From NCBI GenBank assembly GCA_001938485.1, contig MQRK01227869.1, positions 1-64,000 on the forward strand: DNA of 64,000 bases, in the 5' to 3' direction. The DNA is from Girardia tigrina (taxonomy: Eukaryota). Under the pieces are notes generated by a model. The model was not told where the DNA came from. It made no database searches and saw only the letters and a program-made list of their open reading frames with translations. Made by a program: the position numbers and the translations under genes. This document shows, piece after piece, positions 1 to 12,909 of this stretch (the stretch's first letter is position 1; each line of letters begins with the position of its first letter).

Positions 1-23
1 TTTGAGGAAGGATTGTCATTCAA

Positions 24-812
24 CTATGATTTAATAAGAGACATGAGGTTCAGAACTTGGCTGAAATATACGAGTTTTCTCTTAGATAATAAATGTTGAT
101 ATCGAGAAAATGGAACAGGTGCAGAGTAAATAACCACTGACACTGATCGATCATTTTGCACTTGGATTGAAGCATCAATTTTAGGAATATCCTCCACGCT
201 CGAAATGATGCAGAGTAGCAAGGAGGAATCATATTTGATAACCTGAAAGCCATCAGGAAGATGTTGCTCTTCCATTAATTTCCTGTGGAGCTCTTCAAGG
301 GAATGGATTTTGTCCAATTCACGAATTCCTGATAGAAATCATCATTACGCTGCACTTCACGTAAATATCTCTCCTCAAACGTTGAGTTTGACTGTCGGTG
401 GGGAGGCAATTGTGATGTATAATACGATGGAAGATCAGGGAACTTGGATGGAAACGAATCATCTTTCAGATATCTAAAACAGCAATCATTCAATAAAAAT
501 GAACACAGTAATAGAAAAGGTATTTTACAAAGAAATAACTTACCTTTTCAATAACTTTCTTGGTCTTTTATTCTTCCGATCAGAATTTGTATCTCGTGTT
601 TCTTCCACAAAATCGTCCTCTTTAAAATCTTTGGAGCAAATGCGGGAATTACTATTCGGAGTGAAGTTTTCACGTGAGAGACGATGAAGCCACTTCTGGA
701 GTAAGACTGGATTGTTCAGGGGAAATTTGTGTAAGGTTATACCTGCTATATCTTCTTCAGAGGAAGATTTATAACCTGTTTTACAGCCAGGAACTGCACA
801 CTTAAAACCCAT
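24..812 (-). pseudogene. THAP-domain (P-element/THAP9-like) transposase 5' part, spliced, with frameshift and stop
   Basis: Exon 1 812..544 MGFKCAVPGC...LHKFP...KWL...RICSKDF is a THAP zinc finger (the His of C2CH is altered). GTAAGT...TTTTAG intron 543..474 (70 nt) joins in frame to RYLKDDSFPSKF (AVPTIF-box-like). Frameshift near 318 into ORF 24..317, which stops at 24-26. Confidence 0.8.
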
Positions 813-2603
813 GTGATGTGAAAATGAGAGAAAACAATGAGGCTTTTTCGTACAATTTCCATCAACAAATGAGAAGAGGCCTCACGCACCGACCCTTATA
901 CCTGAGGACTCAAGACTGATTCATCATATCATAGTTCACACACATACACACACAGAGGTTTTCAATGAGAATGACTCACTCAAGAATGATAATATACACA
1001 TCTGTTTGTACTTTTAAATATGAGATTGAACAAGTAGTTGAAAACGTATTTATATGCTTCATATCTATAGGCCTCATGTTGTCTAAAGCGAAAAAATATT
1101 TGAAGTGGTTGTTAGTCCAGATGCTATTATACAGGGGTCCATGACCTAACCAAAAACGTGGGGCATAGAAATGATCGATTGTTACTAAAAAGCAGTAAAG
1201 AAAAATAACATAAAAAATCACAAAATAATGCTTTTCATACTTAAAATTTAGTGAGATTTTTTAAAATAATTAACAGTTTTCTCTTTTCAAACTGGCCAAG
1301 TTTACAAAATGCTTTGTAGATTTCAAACCTTTGATGTTTCTACTATTTTTCTCTCATCTGCAATTTATACAAGAGTTTTATGTGTTCGTTAGTATTGCTT
1401 TCTTTTATTTGATATTAAGCAATATCTATTCAAAGTAAATTTAAATTAATTAATCTTTAAATTGTTTTTGATTGCTTTAATTATATAAAAAATATAATAG
1501 AAATATAGATTTTAGGTACCGAAAAAAACATTACGTTTCTTTTTTCTTGAAATTTATTTAAAAAAATACGTGAGAAACTAAAAAAATAAGAACATAATTT
1601 TCCACGACATTTACGAAGTCTTATGACATTAGGGAAATAATTTTTTAAATGTTTAACTATTTAAAAATAATTAACATAAATATTATTTTTAAATAATTAA
1701 CAATAATCACAATATTTACGAAAATGAAAGTTTATATTATTTTTTATTTTTTTAAATATTTTTATGAAATTGAGATTTTCGGGTGTTTATTTATAAATAA
1801 TATTTTAATGCGATATTATTCGGGGGTTTGATTTATTTAAGGATTAATTGATTTCGGAAAAACCCGAAAAAATGATGAGTATTAAAATAATTTAAATTGA
1901 AGATTGAAAATAATTTTATTAAATGATAATATAGGAGAATTACAATAATTATATGTCATCTACGTCTTATATAACAATGCTTATTGAAATTTTCAAACTT
2001 TCCATTCCACTTATTTCCTTTTAGTTTCAAGCAAATATATACTCAGTCGAATTTTATCATTCATAATTAAATTTGCGAGTAACATCGTCCTATGTCGTTA
2101 TAAACGGTAAAGTTTTAATAATATTTTTTTTCGTTTGGTTCCACATCATCTTATCAGTCAGGCAGCGTGGAACAAATCTGGAATATAGGTTTCTGATTCA
2201 TAACTTGTTGAAATTTTAGGAGACTGTGCGAGAGTCAGGTTCAGTCAAGACGTATATAACACTCTAACTTTTCGTCATAGGGTTAATAATTTCTCTCCTA
2301 TGGCCTTTTTTTCATCATCAAAAATAGAGGAACACCCACAATTTAACTCTCTCATTCAATCTTTTAAATATATCAACTGCAAAAAATCCAAGATTTTGCA
2401 GCATTTTTGTCTTCTGTATAACTAAGAACTGGTTATTAATGCAGTTTTCGACCTCTAAAATCATGACTAAAACGAAAATAAAATTTCAGTCGCAATATGT
2501 TGGTAACATAAAACTACCAATATTTAAAACATATATAAATATAGGTTTTCATGAAAATACATTTTGACACATTTTTCCCTTATCTGATCTGGTACTTAAT
2601 TAA

Positions 2604-2669
2604 CCTTGATCCGTCCCTCAAATCGACTGTACACTTCAGGCCGAAAAAGACCCTAGAGACGGATGAAGG
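2604..2669. mobile_element. 66-bp TTAA-flanked mini inverted-repeat element (piggyBac-type MITE)
   Basis: TTAA|CCTTGATCCGTC ... GACGGATGAAGG|TTAA: 12-bp TIR with 1 mismatch and TTAA on both sides. Confidence 0.55.
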
Positions 2670-3192
2670 TTAATGTGCCCTGAATACAGACAATTTTTTA
2701 GGTAATGGGTCATCTTTTAATTACAGTTAAACTGTTATAAATAAAAGTGCCTAAAATTTTTAATAAAAATAATTTTAAAATAAATAGGACTACTTATTTT
2801 GTTTTCCATTTTTATTAAATAATTTGAGCAATATTAACATTGTATTTACATCATTAAATAATACAAACACTTTAAGTTAAGAGTAGTTAACTAGCATTTA
2901 AGAAAAACTGTACAATATTATTCTTAGGGTAATATTTTGTAGTTTCTCAACTTGAAAAAATCGATTTTTATGCTAATTCACGAATCAATATTTTTTATAG
3001 ATCACTTTTAACATATTTACAAATAAATGTTTTTCATTTCTCTTTTTTATTAACTTGACTTTTTTAGTTCATTTCAGACACTTTCCACACGCTATTAAAC
3101 TAATATAAAATAATACTAAATGAACAAAATCATTAAAAAATATCTTCTGCACTTACATTTGAAAAATTTCCCTATTTTGTACTTTTTATAAG

Positions 3193-3595
3193 TATTAACA
3201 ACATCAATATGAGTTTTACAACATTTATTAATATCACAAGCGCCTTCACTATTTGACATCTCTCTTGATCAATATTTTTCTGAGTTCACACTAATTATTT
3301 TCAATAAATGAAAATCTATTAATAAAAATTATTAATTATAAAGAATCTAATTGGTTAAAATTAAATCTTAACATTTTTAAAAAAGAACATATTAATCTAT
3401 TAAAATTTTAAATTACATTAAAAAATAAATAATACATTCAAAAATTATTTTAAATCTTTTTACTTTAAAATTAAATTATTTTTAATTAGTAAGAATCAAA
3501 GAAAATACCAATCATCCATCTGTGCAGGAGAGACACAATCCGAATCAACATACAACATGCACAATGTCAACACACAATTGCAAACATTCCTCACA
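3193..3595 (-). mobile_element. Solo LTR, gypsy family A (TG...TA termini)
   Basis: Highly similar to the LTR next to the PBS/gag at 63521-64000; perfect 5-bp TSD ATAAG (3188-3192 and 3596-3600). Confidence 0.92.
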
Positions 3596-4343
3596 ATAAG
3601 TATACACGCTTGCTCTAAAATGGCGGATAATCAGGTGATTAAAAAATACAAATGGGTTAAGTCCGATTGGCGACGAGTGACATTTGCGTGAACTTGGAGT
3701 GTGTATCATGTGTGCATTAGATCATACATTGCTTACATGTTTATTTTGTCACTGTTTAATGAATTAAGTTACTGTTAATGTATCTTTTGTAGTTTTTATC
3801 TTTTAGTTCATAGGTTTATAATTTTTTCTTCTATATTACGAAAAATTATTGTTAAGCGCAAATAACTTTTTAGCAACTGTTCAATCAAGGTAATAAAGTT
3901 TAAATTCAAGCTATGCAAAATTATTTATTTATTCGACAAAGTATAATCAATTATGATCAATTTCTATTATCCACTTTCTTATAGTTGTTATATCAGGCAA
4001 AGAATTTTAAACATAAAATTTCAATGTAAATAACGTCCCAGAGTTATGACCACTCAAAACATGAACCATTGATCAGAAAAATACAAATCTGGCACATCAT
4101 GGGGCAAAATGTTAAAATTCTTGATTTTGGATTTTTTTTGTTTTGTTAAATCTGCAGTATGTGAAGATGCAAAACATACGTATTTTCATTGATTATTAAG
4201 GGATAAAATTATTTATAATATCATACACAAAATACCTCGCATATAGTATTGCGCATGATCATAAGTTAACTCGTAAGGAAACTCCTGATACAGTTTGTTA
4301 ATTTCACTAATTTCATGCTTACGATGTTTCAACGGTTTCACAC

Positions 4344-5022
4344 TGTTGGGTTTCCTTTTGGTGAACTTTAAATTTTTGATATTTTTAAAAACCATATTTA
4401 TATTTTAAATAAATTAAAAATCATGTTCGATTAATTAAAATGAAATAATTCTTTAAAATAAAAACCTTTTAAATTCTTTAAAAACAAAGAACAGGCTCAT
4501 TCTTTAAATTTATGGAAATAACTAATTGTTATAAATAATCTCTAAAATAAAAAAAATATTTAAAATCAAAAGTTTTAAACAGTTATTATCAAAAAATATC
4601 TTAATTAATTTTAAAAAGTTAATTTCATAAATAATTGAATTTTAATTGTTTTGCATTTATTTTAAGAGTTATTCGGAAAATTTTTTTGTTAAAACTTTTG
4701 TTGTCAGAAATGTAATAAAAAAAGATAATTTAAAGTTTAAAGGCAGTTGGAAATTCTGCAAATTAAAATTCAATAAATAATAGATAAAATATAGATATAT
4801 ATATTAAAAATTTTATAATTAATGGATCTCTATTAAATAATAATAAATTTAAATATTGCTAAATATTTTTGTATTTTAAATTTGTAAATTATTTTTGCAA
4901 TTTTTATTAAAAACAAATAAAAGATTTTAAATATTTTAAAATTTATTTTTAATTTATTTAAAATATAAATATGATTTTTAAAAATATCAAAAATTTAAAG
5001 TTCATCAAAAGGAACCCTAACA
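4344..5022. repeat. ~78-bp inverted repeat pair (foldback-like)
   Basis: 4344-4421 TGTTGGGTTTCCTTTTGGTGAACTTTAAATTTTTGAT... is the near reverse complement of 4945-5022. Confidence 0.75.
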
Positions 5023-5969
5023 CACACAATACTTCAAAATTTATGGAAATAGGTCGTCGAGTATGTGGCTGATTAATGTTTGGGACAATTGTCTCCACTT
5101 TGAAAATTTTAAGCAATCATGTGCCAAACGATTTGTGAATACTTGCTCATCTTTGAATTTACATATTTCACGAGCTGCGGCTTCTGTCATGTATTCTTTT
5201 TTTCTAATTCTGACACAAGAAATATTGAATTAAATAAAAACGCCCTTTTATTGCTTATTTTTAAAACTTTAAAGGCCTTCAAAATTTAAGAGCAACTATT
5301 CGATAACGTAAATGAAAAATAAAAATAAAGTTTATCAAATATTAACCAGAATCTACTCAAATCCATCAAAAACCATGCGTTAACAACGTAAAAACGATTT
5401 GAATATATTATAGAATTTATGGTTCAAATTAAAAATCGCATCAAAATTTAGAATATGAACGATTTATGCATAAAGTTTTATTTTTCTAAGTAACATTATA
5501 ATTAGATATTAACGGAAATTATAAATATTTTTATATATAACGCACATGTCAGATAAAATAAAGATAAATTAATGAAGATTTATTCGTAGTTTGTCATAAA
5601 AACAAAATATTATCATTATATTCATTTGCAACAGATTTTAGCATATGTTATGAAAATTCTTAGTTTTATTTATTTTCTTATTTTAATTAATATTTTTTAA
5701 TATTAATTAGACAGATATTTGTTTTTTTTGTGAAATGTCTCACACTTTTATGTGTTTTAAAAATTTTTTTCTGCAAAATGTGTCACGAAATATTTGTACC
5801 AATTTGTTTATTATTTTTATTTTATAAAGCGTAAAGAAAATAAACCCATAGAATTAAATATTTTTCCTGTGTAAACAGTTATATCGTTATATAATAAAGA
5901 TTTTTCAAGACCAAATTCGTAAAAATTATTTTTCAATAATATAATTTGTGAGAAGTGGTTGCAACATCA

Positions 5970-6710
5970 ATATCTGAATTCATTTTTTAACACCAAAATT
6001 TATTAATATAACAACAATTCACATATTTAAACAAATTTTTCTGTTAATTTAATTATCTCGCCACAAATTAATCTATTAAATTTGTTCGATTCAATTTTTA
6101 AAATCCTGAAAATTTATTAAATAATTTTCACATTAAAACTAAAAATTTATTTTAAAATTTATTTAAAATTGTTTCATAACTTATATTAAAATATATAAAT
6201 TGTTATAACTGTAAAAATATTTTTATTTATAAATAAATATTTAANNNNNNNNNNNNNNNNNNNNNNNNNNNNNNNNNNNNNNNNNNNNNNNNNNTTTTAA
6301 AATTTATTTAAAATTGTTTCATAACTTATATTAAAATATATAAATTGTTATAACTGTAAAAATATTTTTATTTATAAATAAATATTTAATATTTAATGGT
6401 TTTCTTATCATTTCTAATTTTAAGATATTTAATAGATACATTAAAAAGATATTTTTATTTTTAAATAGTTATTTAATTTTTTTATGATTTTCTTTTATTA
6501 TATCATTTTTAATTTTTTAAAATATTTAATAAACACATTAAAAACATATTTTATTTTTAAATACGTATTTGATTTTTTAATAGTTGTTTTATTATATCAT
6601 TTTTTAATTTTAAAATATTTAATAAGCATATTAACATTAAAATATTTTACCTTAAAAATTAAAAAAATAATAAATTATTCTGGCGAGATGAAAATTTAAA
6701 TTAACTCCTC
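5970..6710 (+). mobile_element. AT-rich non-autonomous repeat; second copy inverted at ~25195-25685
   Basis: ATAACAACAATTCACATATTTAAACAAA and CTCGCCA/TGGCGAG segments match the reverse complement of 25195-25685. Confidence 0.6.
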
Positions 6711-7503
6711 ATATAATTATTTTAAAAATCCTCGAAAGTTATATTTTAAAGAATGATGTTATAATTTTATTATTTTTATTGTAATGGGTAAAATAGGAAT
6801 TCAATATTTACAAACACGTCCACTGAATAATTCTGAATAATAACTTCTGGTACCTTCAAGATATAATTAAAAGGTATCACCTGGTCTAAGCAAGTTATTC
6901 TTGCCTCCGTTCTGTAATTTATGGTCTCAAAATGTTTTGTCTATGATGAAATTTTCATTTATATTATTTGATTATCAATAATAAATTTGCTCAGCAAAAA
7001 GTTTTATTTTGATATAATAAAGTGTTTCTCTATCTATTACGTCGTTATTGCAATCAATTAAAACATGATTAAAATTTAGAAAAAATGAAAAGAGCTTTAT
7101 TTCAGAATCGATATTTCACGATTATTTTTGGTTTTTATAAGTACATCAGCATGTTGATATATAAAATTTATTACAATCAGATGTGGTCATTTCAAAAAAT
7201 GCATTGTTTATCATCTCTTAGCTGTTTTTCATTAATAAACCTTTATGATGACCATCCTCTTTTTGTAACAATTTTTTTCTTTTTAATTGGGAAATGGACG
7301 TAAAGAGAGCAAGTAAAGTTCACGGAAGCCATCGAAGTACAAGTTTTGGTAATTATGAATGTTTGCATTATTCCCAATTATTATGGGTGAATAAATATAC
7401 AATTCTGTACACCTCGCTTTGAGTGTTTAATAGGAAACTTTGAATTGTTCACCATTTACAGCTGATCCTAAACTTTGTGATATAACATTTCATTTCTCTT
7501 CAA

Positions 7504-7964
7504 GTGAGGGATAATTGTGAATGTTGTAAGTTTGTTGTTTGTATACTGTTTAGATTTGTGACTCTCCTACTCAGATGGGATTGATATGTTATTTGATTGA
7601 TTATTTGAATCTAATGAAATTAATTTAATGAGATTCATGTTTAAATACTAATTTATTAAAAAAGTTTTGTAATTATAAATTTTAATGGTATTTTTAGTAA
7701 AACGATTTTAATTTAATAAAGTTAATATATTTTAAAAACTAATATTTATTTAAAAATTTACTGAATGTATTTTTATCTAATTAAATTTTGAGAAATTAAA
7801 AATTAATATTATTTTTAACTCATTACTTAAATTAAAGATTTGAATATAGAAACAAAAACATATGAATTAAGAACGATACTTCCCGCAGAAATTGCTACTT
7901 AGAATCATTTTGTTTGTGTTGTTAATAAATGCTCTAATGGAAATTGTGATGTTGCTTATGAACA
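7504..7964 (+). mobile_element. Diverged LTR related to families A/B (family D)
   Basis: GTGAGG-like start, shared core GATTTGTGACTCTCCTACTCAGATGG, AATAAATG ~40 bp before a CA end; no TSD found. Confidence 0.5.
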
Positions 7965-8029
7965 GCAGAGGTATTTCTACTTGTTACCTCTCGTACAAAT
8001 AAGGTTGCACTTATTTAGGCCTTAATATA

Positions 8030-8400
8030 CCTCTAACATGACCTTGGCAAAAAAACAGTAATGATTCAAAAAGGTAGCATTCTCCAATAGACAATATAGA
8101 TGAGCATAATTGCTATATCATTATTGCGAGTAAATTTTATTAAAAAACAATTTTCATTAAGTTATAAAAATATCGGAGTAATTTCTCGACGTATGAAGTG
8201 GAATTCAGAGGTCTTCATGTTTACGTTAAATGTTTTCAAATAATCTTCATCGACCAATCTGCAGATGTCTTCCTTTTGTTGGACAGATAGTTCACTATCA
8301 TTTCCTCCTCTTGGTGAAGCTTCTTCCTGATCACGTAGCAAAGAACTAACAACACTTGTTGCTACATTTGGTCTAAGAAGTATAAGAATCCTAGCAATTG
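8030..8400 (-). pseudogene. Possible decayed PIF/Harbinger transposase fragment
   Basis: Minus-strand reading DEDYLKTFNVNMKTSEFHFIRREITPIFL...DIAI loosely resembles the Harbinger N-terminal D..F...RM...F..L...I.P...AI motif. Confidence 0.25.
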
Positions 8401-9142
8401 TTATATTAGTAGTGTCTTACAAAACACTACAATTGGTTTTCATGTAGCAAGTGCTGCGTCCGTCCTACCTAATTAAGGTTATCTCTCAAAACAGCTTCTA
8501 AATTTCCAACATCCTCTTCTTTTTGATTTAAAGAAGGTGAAATAAGTTTAAACATTTGTATCGACGTCATATTTATTCAATATTTTATATTGATTGAAAT
8601 AACTATTTCTGTAATTATTTATAACCATGATGTTTATTCAACTTTTTTTTCAGTTAAACTAAAATATTTAACATTTTATTTATATTCTTCTTTACGGTAC
8701 ATTTATTGTATCTTACAAAATAAGTCGGAGGTCATTTTTTATTTGGTCATCTTTTTATGATGAGTCATTCTTAAAATCAATGAAGATATTTATAATAATA
8801 AAATAAAATTAAAATACCATCAAACAACGGAACACGATTTTTTTTAATAAATATTTAAAGTTCATCATTAAAAATAATTTATCATAATTTATGTAATCTA
8901 ATTTTTGTTACGTTTTTGAACAATGTTTTTCATTTACCCATCAAAATAATTAGGAATTAAATTGACATTAAATGACAGTTAACATAACTTTTTACAAAAA
9001 CAATTTAAATAATAATAAAATATTTTTACTTTGATTAAATAGTTACAATGTTTTGTATAACTACAATATTTGTGGAATTTGTTAAAATAAAATAACATTA
9101 TTCAGCAGAAACTAAATGAAAAAAAATTAAATTTTTAAAATT

Positions 9143-9950
9143 ACCCGTCGAATGTGGCCCATATGTATGACCGGCCAGGTCATCTGATTTAATACCACTC
9201 GATTTTCTTGTGCGGGGGTATTTGAAGAATGAAGTGTATAAGAGAAAACTAGAAACAATTCAGCAACTTAAAGATTTTTGTGAGGAATATTTGGTGTGTG
9301 TATGTTTATGAATTATGTTGTATGTTGATTTGGGATTGTGCTTCTCCTAACCAGATGGATTATCAATATTTAATTTTTTATAATCTGAAACTAATTTATT
9401 TAAATTTAGATTTAATATTCAAATTTTTAGTTTTTATTATTGCAGCTTTTACATAATTTTAATGATTTTATTTTTGTAAATTTTTAAATAATTAAAATCA
9501 AATTAATGTTTAAAAATGACTATAAAAATATTTTATTTCAGCCAATAAAATTTAAATTAAATATTTTTAAATAAAATAATTTTATCAAGTTAGTTCAGAT
9601 TATAATGAGAGATATTGAAAATTGAGTGATGGATCTAAGTGAAAGCAATACTATTGATCATCATAAAGATGATAAAAATTGTGAATGTAATAAATGTTCT
9701 GCCAAATGTGTGTGTTCTCTTAACAATTTTATTTGTCAAGAAGCGGCAAAAATAGATGGCGAAATGTGCCAAAATGCCATGAAGTCTTTTCATGGACGCC
9801 TTAAACATTGTATTGATGTCGATGGTTATTCGGTTGAATATTATTAAATTTTAATAAATGCTTTTTTGTTATTTCAAACCATTTTTTCATAATGTTTTGC
9901 CAAAGGAAGTTATTGCAGTTTAAAACCCGGTAGTTACTTTATGATCACTG
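9143..9950 (+). mobile_element. Tc1-like transposase C-terminal remnant with right TIR, split by a solo LTR
   Basis: Degenerate WPxRSxDLxPLDFxxxGYLKNEVY...TIQQLKDF, continuing after the LTR as ICQEAAKIDGEMCQNAMKSFHGRLKHCIDVDGYSVEYY*; ends ...ATGATCACTG|TA. Confidence 0.8.
9279..9725 (+). mobile_element. Solo LTR, gypsy family B (TG...CA)
   Basis: TGTGAGGAAT...CTCTTAACA with 5-bp TSD ATTTT; highly similar to 24727-25187. Confidence 0.9.
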
Positions 9951-9984
9951 TATTTTTATTAAATTTAACTTCTGTTGAGTTTAA

Positions 9985-10217
9985 CCCGAATGGGGCCACC
10001 GTCCATTTAAAAGAACACTGCTCAAATATTTTTTTACATCAATTTGACGACTCAGCAACAGGCGGCATTAGGTGCAATAGTCTTTGTATATATGAGTCAT
10101 GAGTTTGAACTCATCAGTTTATTATTTAATGTAGAACAAGTTATTTAGATATAATAAACCAGAATTAATATCACAAATTCATTTTTTCTAAAGGAAATAG
10201 TTTCGGCCCCATTAGGG
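9985..10217. mobile_element. piggyBac-type MITE
   Basis: TTAA|CCCGAATGGGGCC ... GGCCCCATTAGGG|TTAA. Confidence 0.7.
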
Positions 10218-11109
10218 TTAATTAGATTTCATCAAACCATTTCGAAGGAAAATATCCCTAATATCCGTCATTGACAGTGAACTTTTGTCAATTGGTGCGT
10301 TGTCCTAAATCAGCTACAATTTGAATCTTCTTGATTTTATACGGGGCGATCGAGTTTCAACAATGAGTGAGACATAAAATGCACTATTCAATTTGGCTGT
10401 TGGGTCGGTGAAATACAGTTTTATGAGACCATAGTTGTATCATAACACAACGTGATGCATTCCTAATGACTTAGAAAAGAACAAATGTTAGAATTAGACT
10501 ATATTATAACTAGTTTCTTGTTAAGAAGTTTTCACTAATTTCAAATTCAGGAAAGGATTTAGAAGGGGAATTAAAAAATTTTTAGCAAATTTCTCAACGA
10601 AACTAAGTATAACAATGGTAACTACGTTTAAATATGCGTTGATTTCGATGCAGTAATTACATTTCTTTGTAAAAGAAAAGTTAAATAAATTAATTTTTCA
10701 AAAATTTTAATAAAATCCCATTTTTGTTCGTAACAACTCAATAACATGGGTTTGGTAGTATGGCTAAAGGGTCTGCTCTGATATAATTTAAATGTAAATT
10801 TATCCAATTTTAAAGTTTTTTTTTATTTAATATTAATACTATCTTTTTATTTTCAGCACATTATTCGGTGACCGAGTGATGTACGTCAATATCCGATACT
10901 TTTAGAGCCGAACTATCAAAAACTTAAAAAAAAAAGAAAATTAATTCAACATTGAAGAAATTCCAGAAACAAAAGTCACATAGAAATCCCAAAGATGTAC
11001 TAAAAACCCTTCAAAAAAAATTGATAAATGTTTCATATTTTTTCTCGTACTAGCTTTGAAACTTTATTGAAGCCATTTTTGACTAATAATGCATTTAAAT
11101 TTCACGTGT

Positions 11110-11341
11110 ATTAATATTATTATTATTATTATTAATATTGGTATAAATATTACTATGATTATTATCATTATTTATATTATGTTTATTATTATTTATATTT
11201 TCAAACTTTGTTTTGTTTTAAATCTCTCATAAATCCATGAAAGAAAATTATATTTACAAAGATATCTTCGATTTAAAACTCATGAACCGGTGTATTATTA
11301 TTATTATTAATAATATTATTATTATTATTATTGTTATTATT
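11110..11341. repeat. Imperfect (ATT)n microsatellite tracts
   Basis: Runs of ATTATTATT at ~11115-11190 and ~11293-11341. Confidence 0.8.
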
Positions 11342-12344
11342 GTGGTGTAAATTACTCGTGCAACAACTGTGCCCATCCAAGCTGATTATTGATAGTGTTT
11401 TGTTAGCTCTATAAAAATTTTCCTTCTTAATCTGGTATGCTGATTTTTTTTGTTATTTGTTGACTTGATTTCTTTTGGAGTTTTAATTATTTGAAAAGAA
11501 AAACAAATTATTTCATAAAGACAACGATAAAAATGAAGAAGAAAAAAATCTTTTTTTGTGGTGATTTTCTAAAATTGTAATTTGAAATTATTGAAAAAAA
11601 AATCATTTTTTCATTTTATTTTACATAGATAGGATTGATATTTTTTTATTTTATTATTATTATTTAAAAATTATTTTAGTATTACAAATCATTTTCGAAT
11701 GATTTATGTAATGATATTTTTATTTTTTTGTTTTTTTTCTGAATATAAATAATAATTTTTATTATTAATTATTATTATTAATCTTGATAGTTTTATTTCG
11801 AAAATATAATATTTAATATTTTTAGTAAATAAATAAAAAATATTTTTTGTTGAATATAAATATAATTATTTTATGTTAGTTAAAGATAAATTTATGGAAA
11901 ATATTATTTTATTATTAATTTTAATTTGTGTTTTTATTTTTTAAAAAAAATTAAAAATTAATCAAAATATATTTTTCATTTACTTCATAAAAACACAATA
12001 CAGAATCATAATTTTGACCCTTCAAACATTATCCAAATATTCTTTTCTTTTTTTACAAATAATCTTTCGCCGGAAGATATATATGTTATAATAAACTAAG
12101 AATTAATTTATTAAAATGGTTTCAATTATCAATTAAAATTTTTTAAATTTCATTTAATTATCGATTTTTATGATTTTAATCTTAATATAAAAAATATTTT
12201 TGAATATATTCAACGTGTTAAAAAATACATTAATTTTATCGTAAATCAAAAATTTTTTTTCAGAAGAAAATAATATTAAAAAAATAATAAATCAAGTAAT
12301 AGAAATATCACTAGAAATAATTTGCCGATAAATTTGATTCAATT

Positions 12345-12780
12345 TTTAATAATTAAAATTTATAAGTCAAATTAAATGTATTATATTGTTTATAATTTCA
12401 ACGGTTTAACCCTTTCAAGACGACTTTTCCACAAACATCAGAAGGTGGAGCAACGTGCGATCACTTCCATATTCATCGATTTGCTGGAGTGAACTAGCGG
12501 TATGTAGTGTGACGGCAGATTGATTTTAGCGTGATCAAAATAGTAAAAGACGAAATGGACCGAATAAACCCCCTGGTAAAGGCATTTGAAAGTTCAGTCT
12601 TGTGCTTAAATCTCTTGGGATTAAAAGTCTCTGTAGACAATGATTATGGAATCGATGCATCATCAATAAATTATTTAAAAACTCTTAATAAATTTTTCGA
12701 GAGTGCAACTTGAACGCTAATTTTAGGATTAAAAATCTATATATAAAGCCTCCTATGTCACTATCTCCCTATAATTCTTA
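12345..12780 (-). mobile_element. Penelope-like element 3' end, inverted partner of 12910-13665
   Basis: 12630-12775 is the reverse complement of 13425-13565, and 12370-12410 of 13620-13660; unrelated DNA lies between the two matching blocks. Confidence 0.7.
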
Positions 12781-12909
12781 AATTAAATGTACTCCTGCCA
12801 GCTCTAAATTGAATTATTTCTCATTTACATTCATAACACATGTGTCAATGTCGTTCACCAGCAATAACAATGCTTTCTCTATAGCTAGCCAGTTATAAGT
12901 TGATCGCTA

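Noticed and set aside
6150-6390. ~95-bp exact direct repeat either side of an N gap
   Set aside because: Typical unmerged contig overlap; an assembly artefact rather than a real duplication.
6484-7303. Hydrophobic F/I/L/K-rich short ORFs (also 17667, 32618, 54698, 57801)
   Set aside because: Expected by chance in very AT-rich DNA; no motifs.
7290-10930. Possible host exons (7290-7348 with a GTAATT donor; acceptor TTTCAG at ~10857) giving RASKVHGSHRSTSFAHYSVTE*
   Set aside because: No recognisable homology and no clear upstream acceptor; cannot be supported without RNA data.
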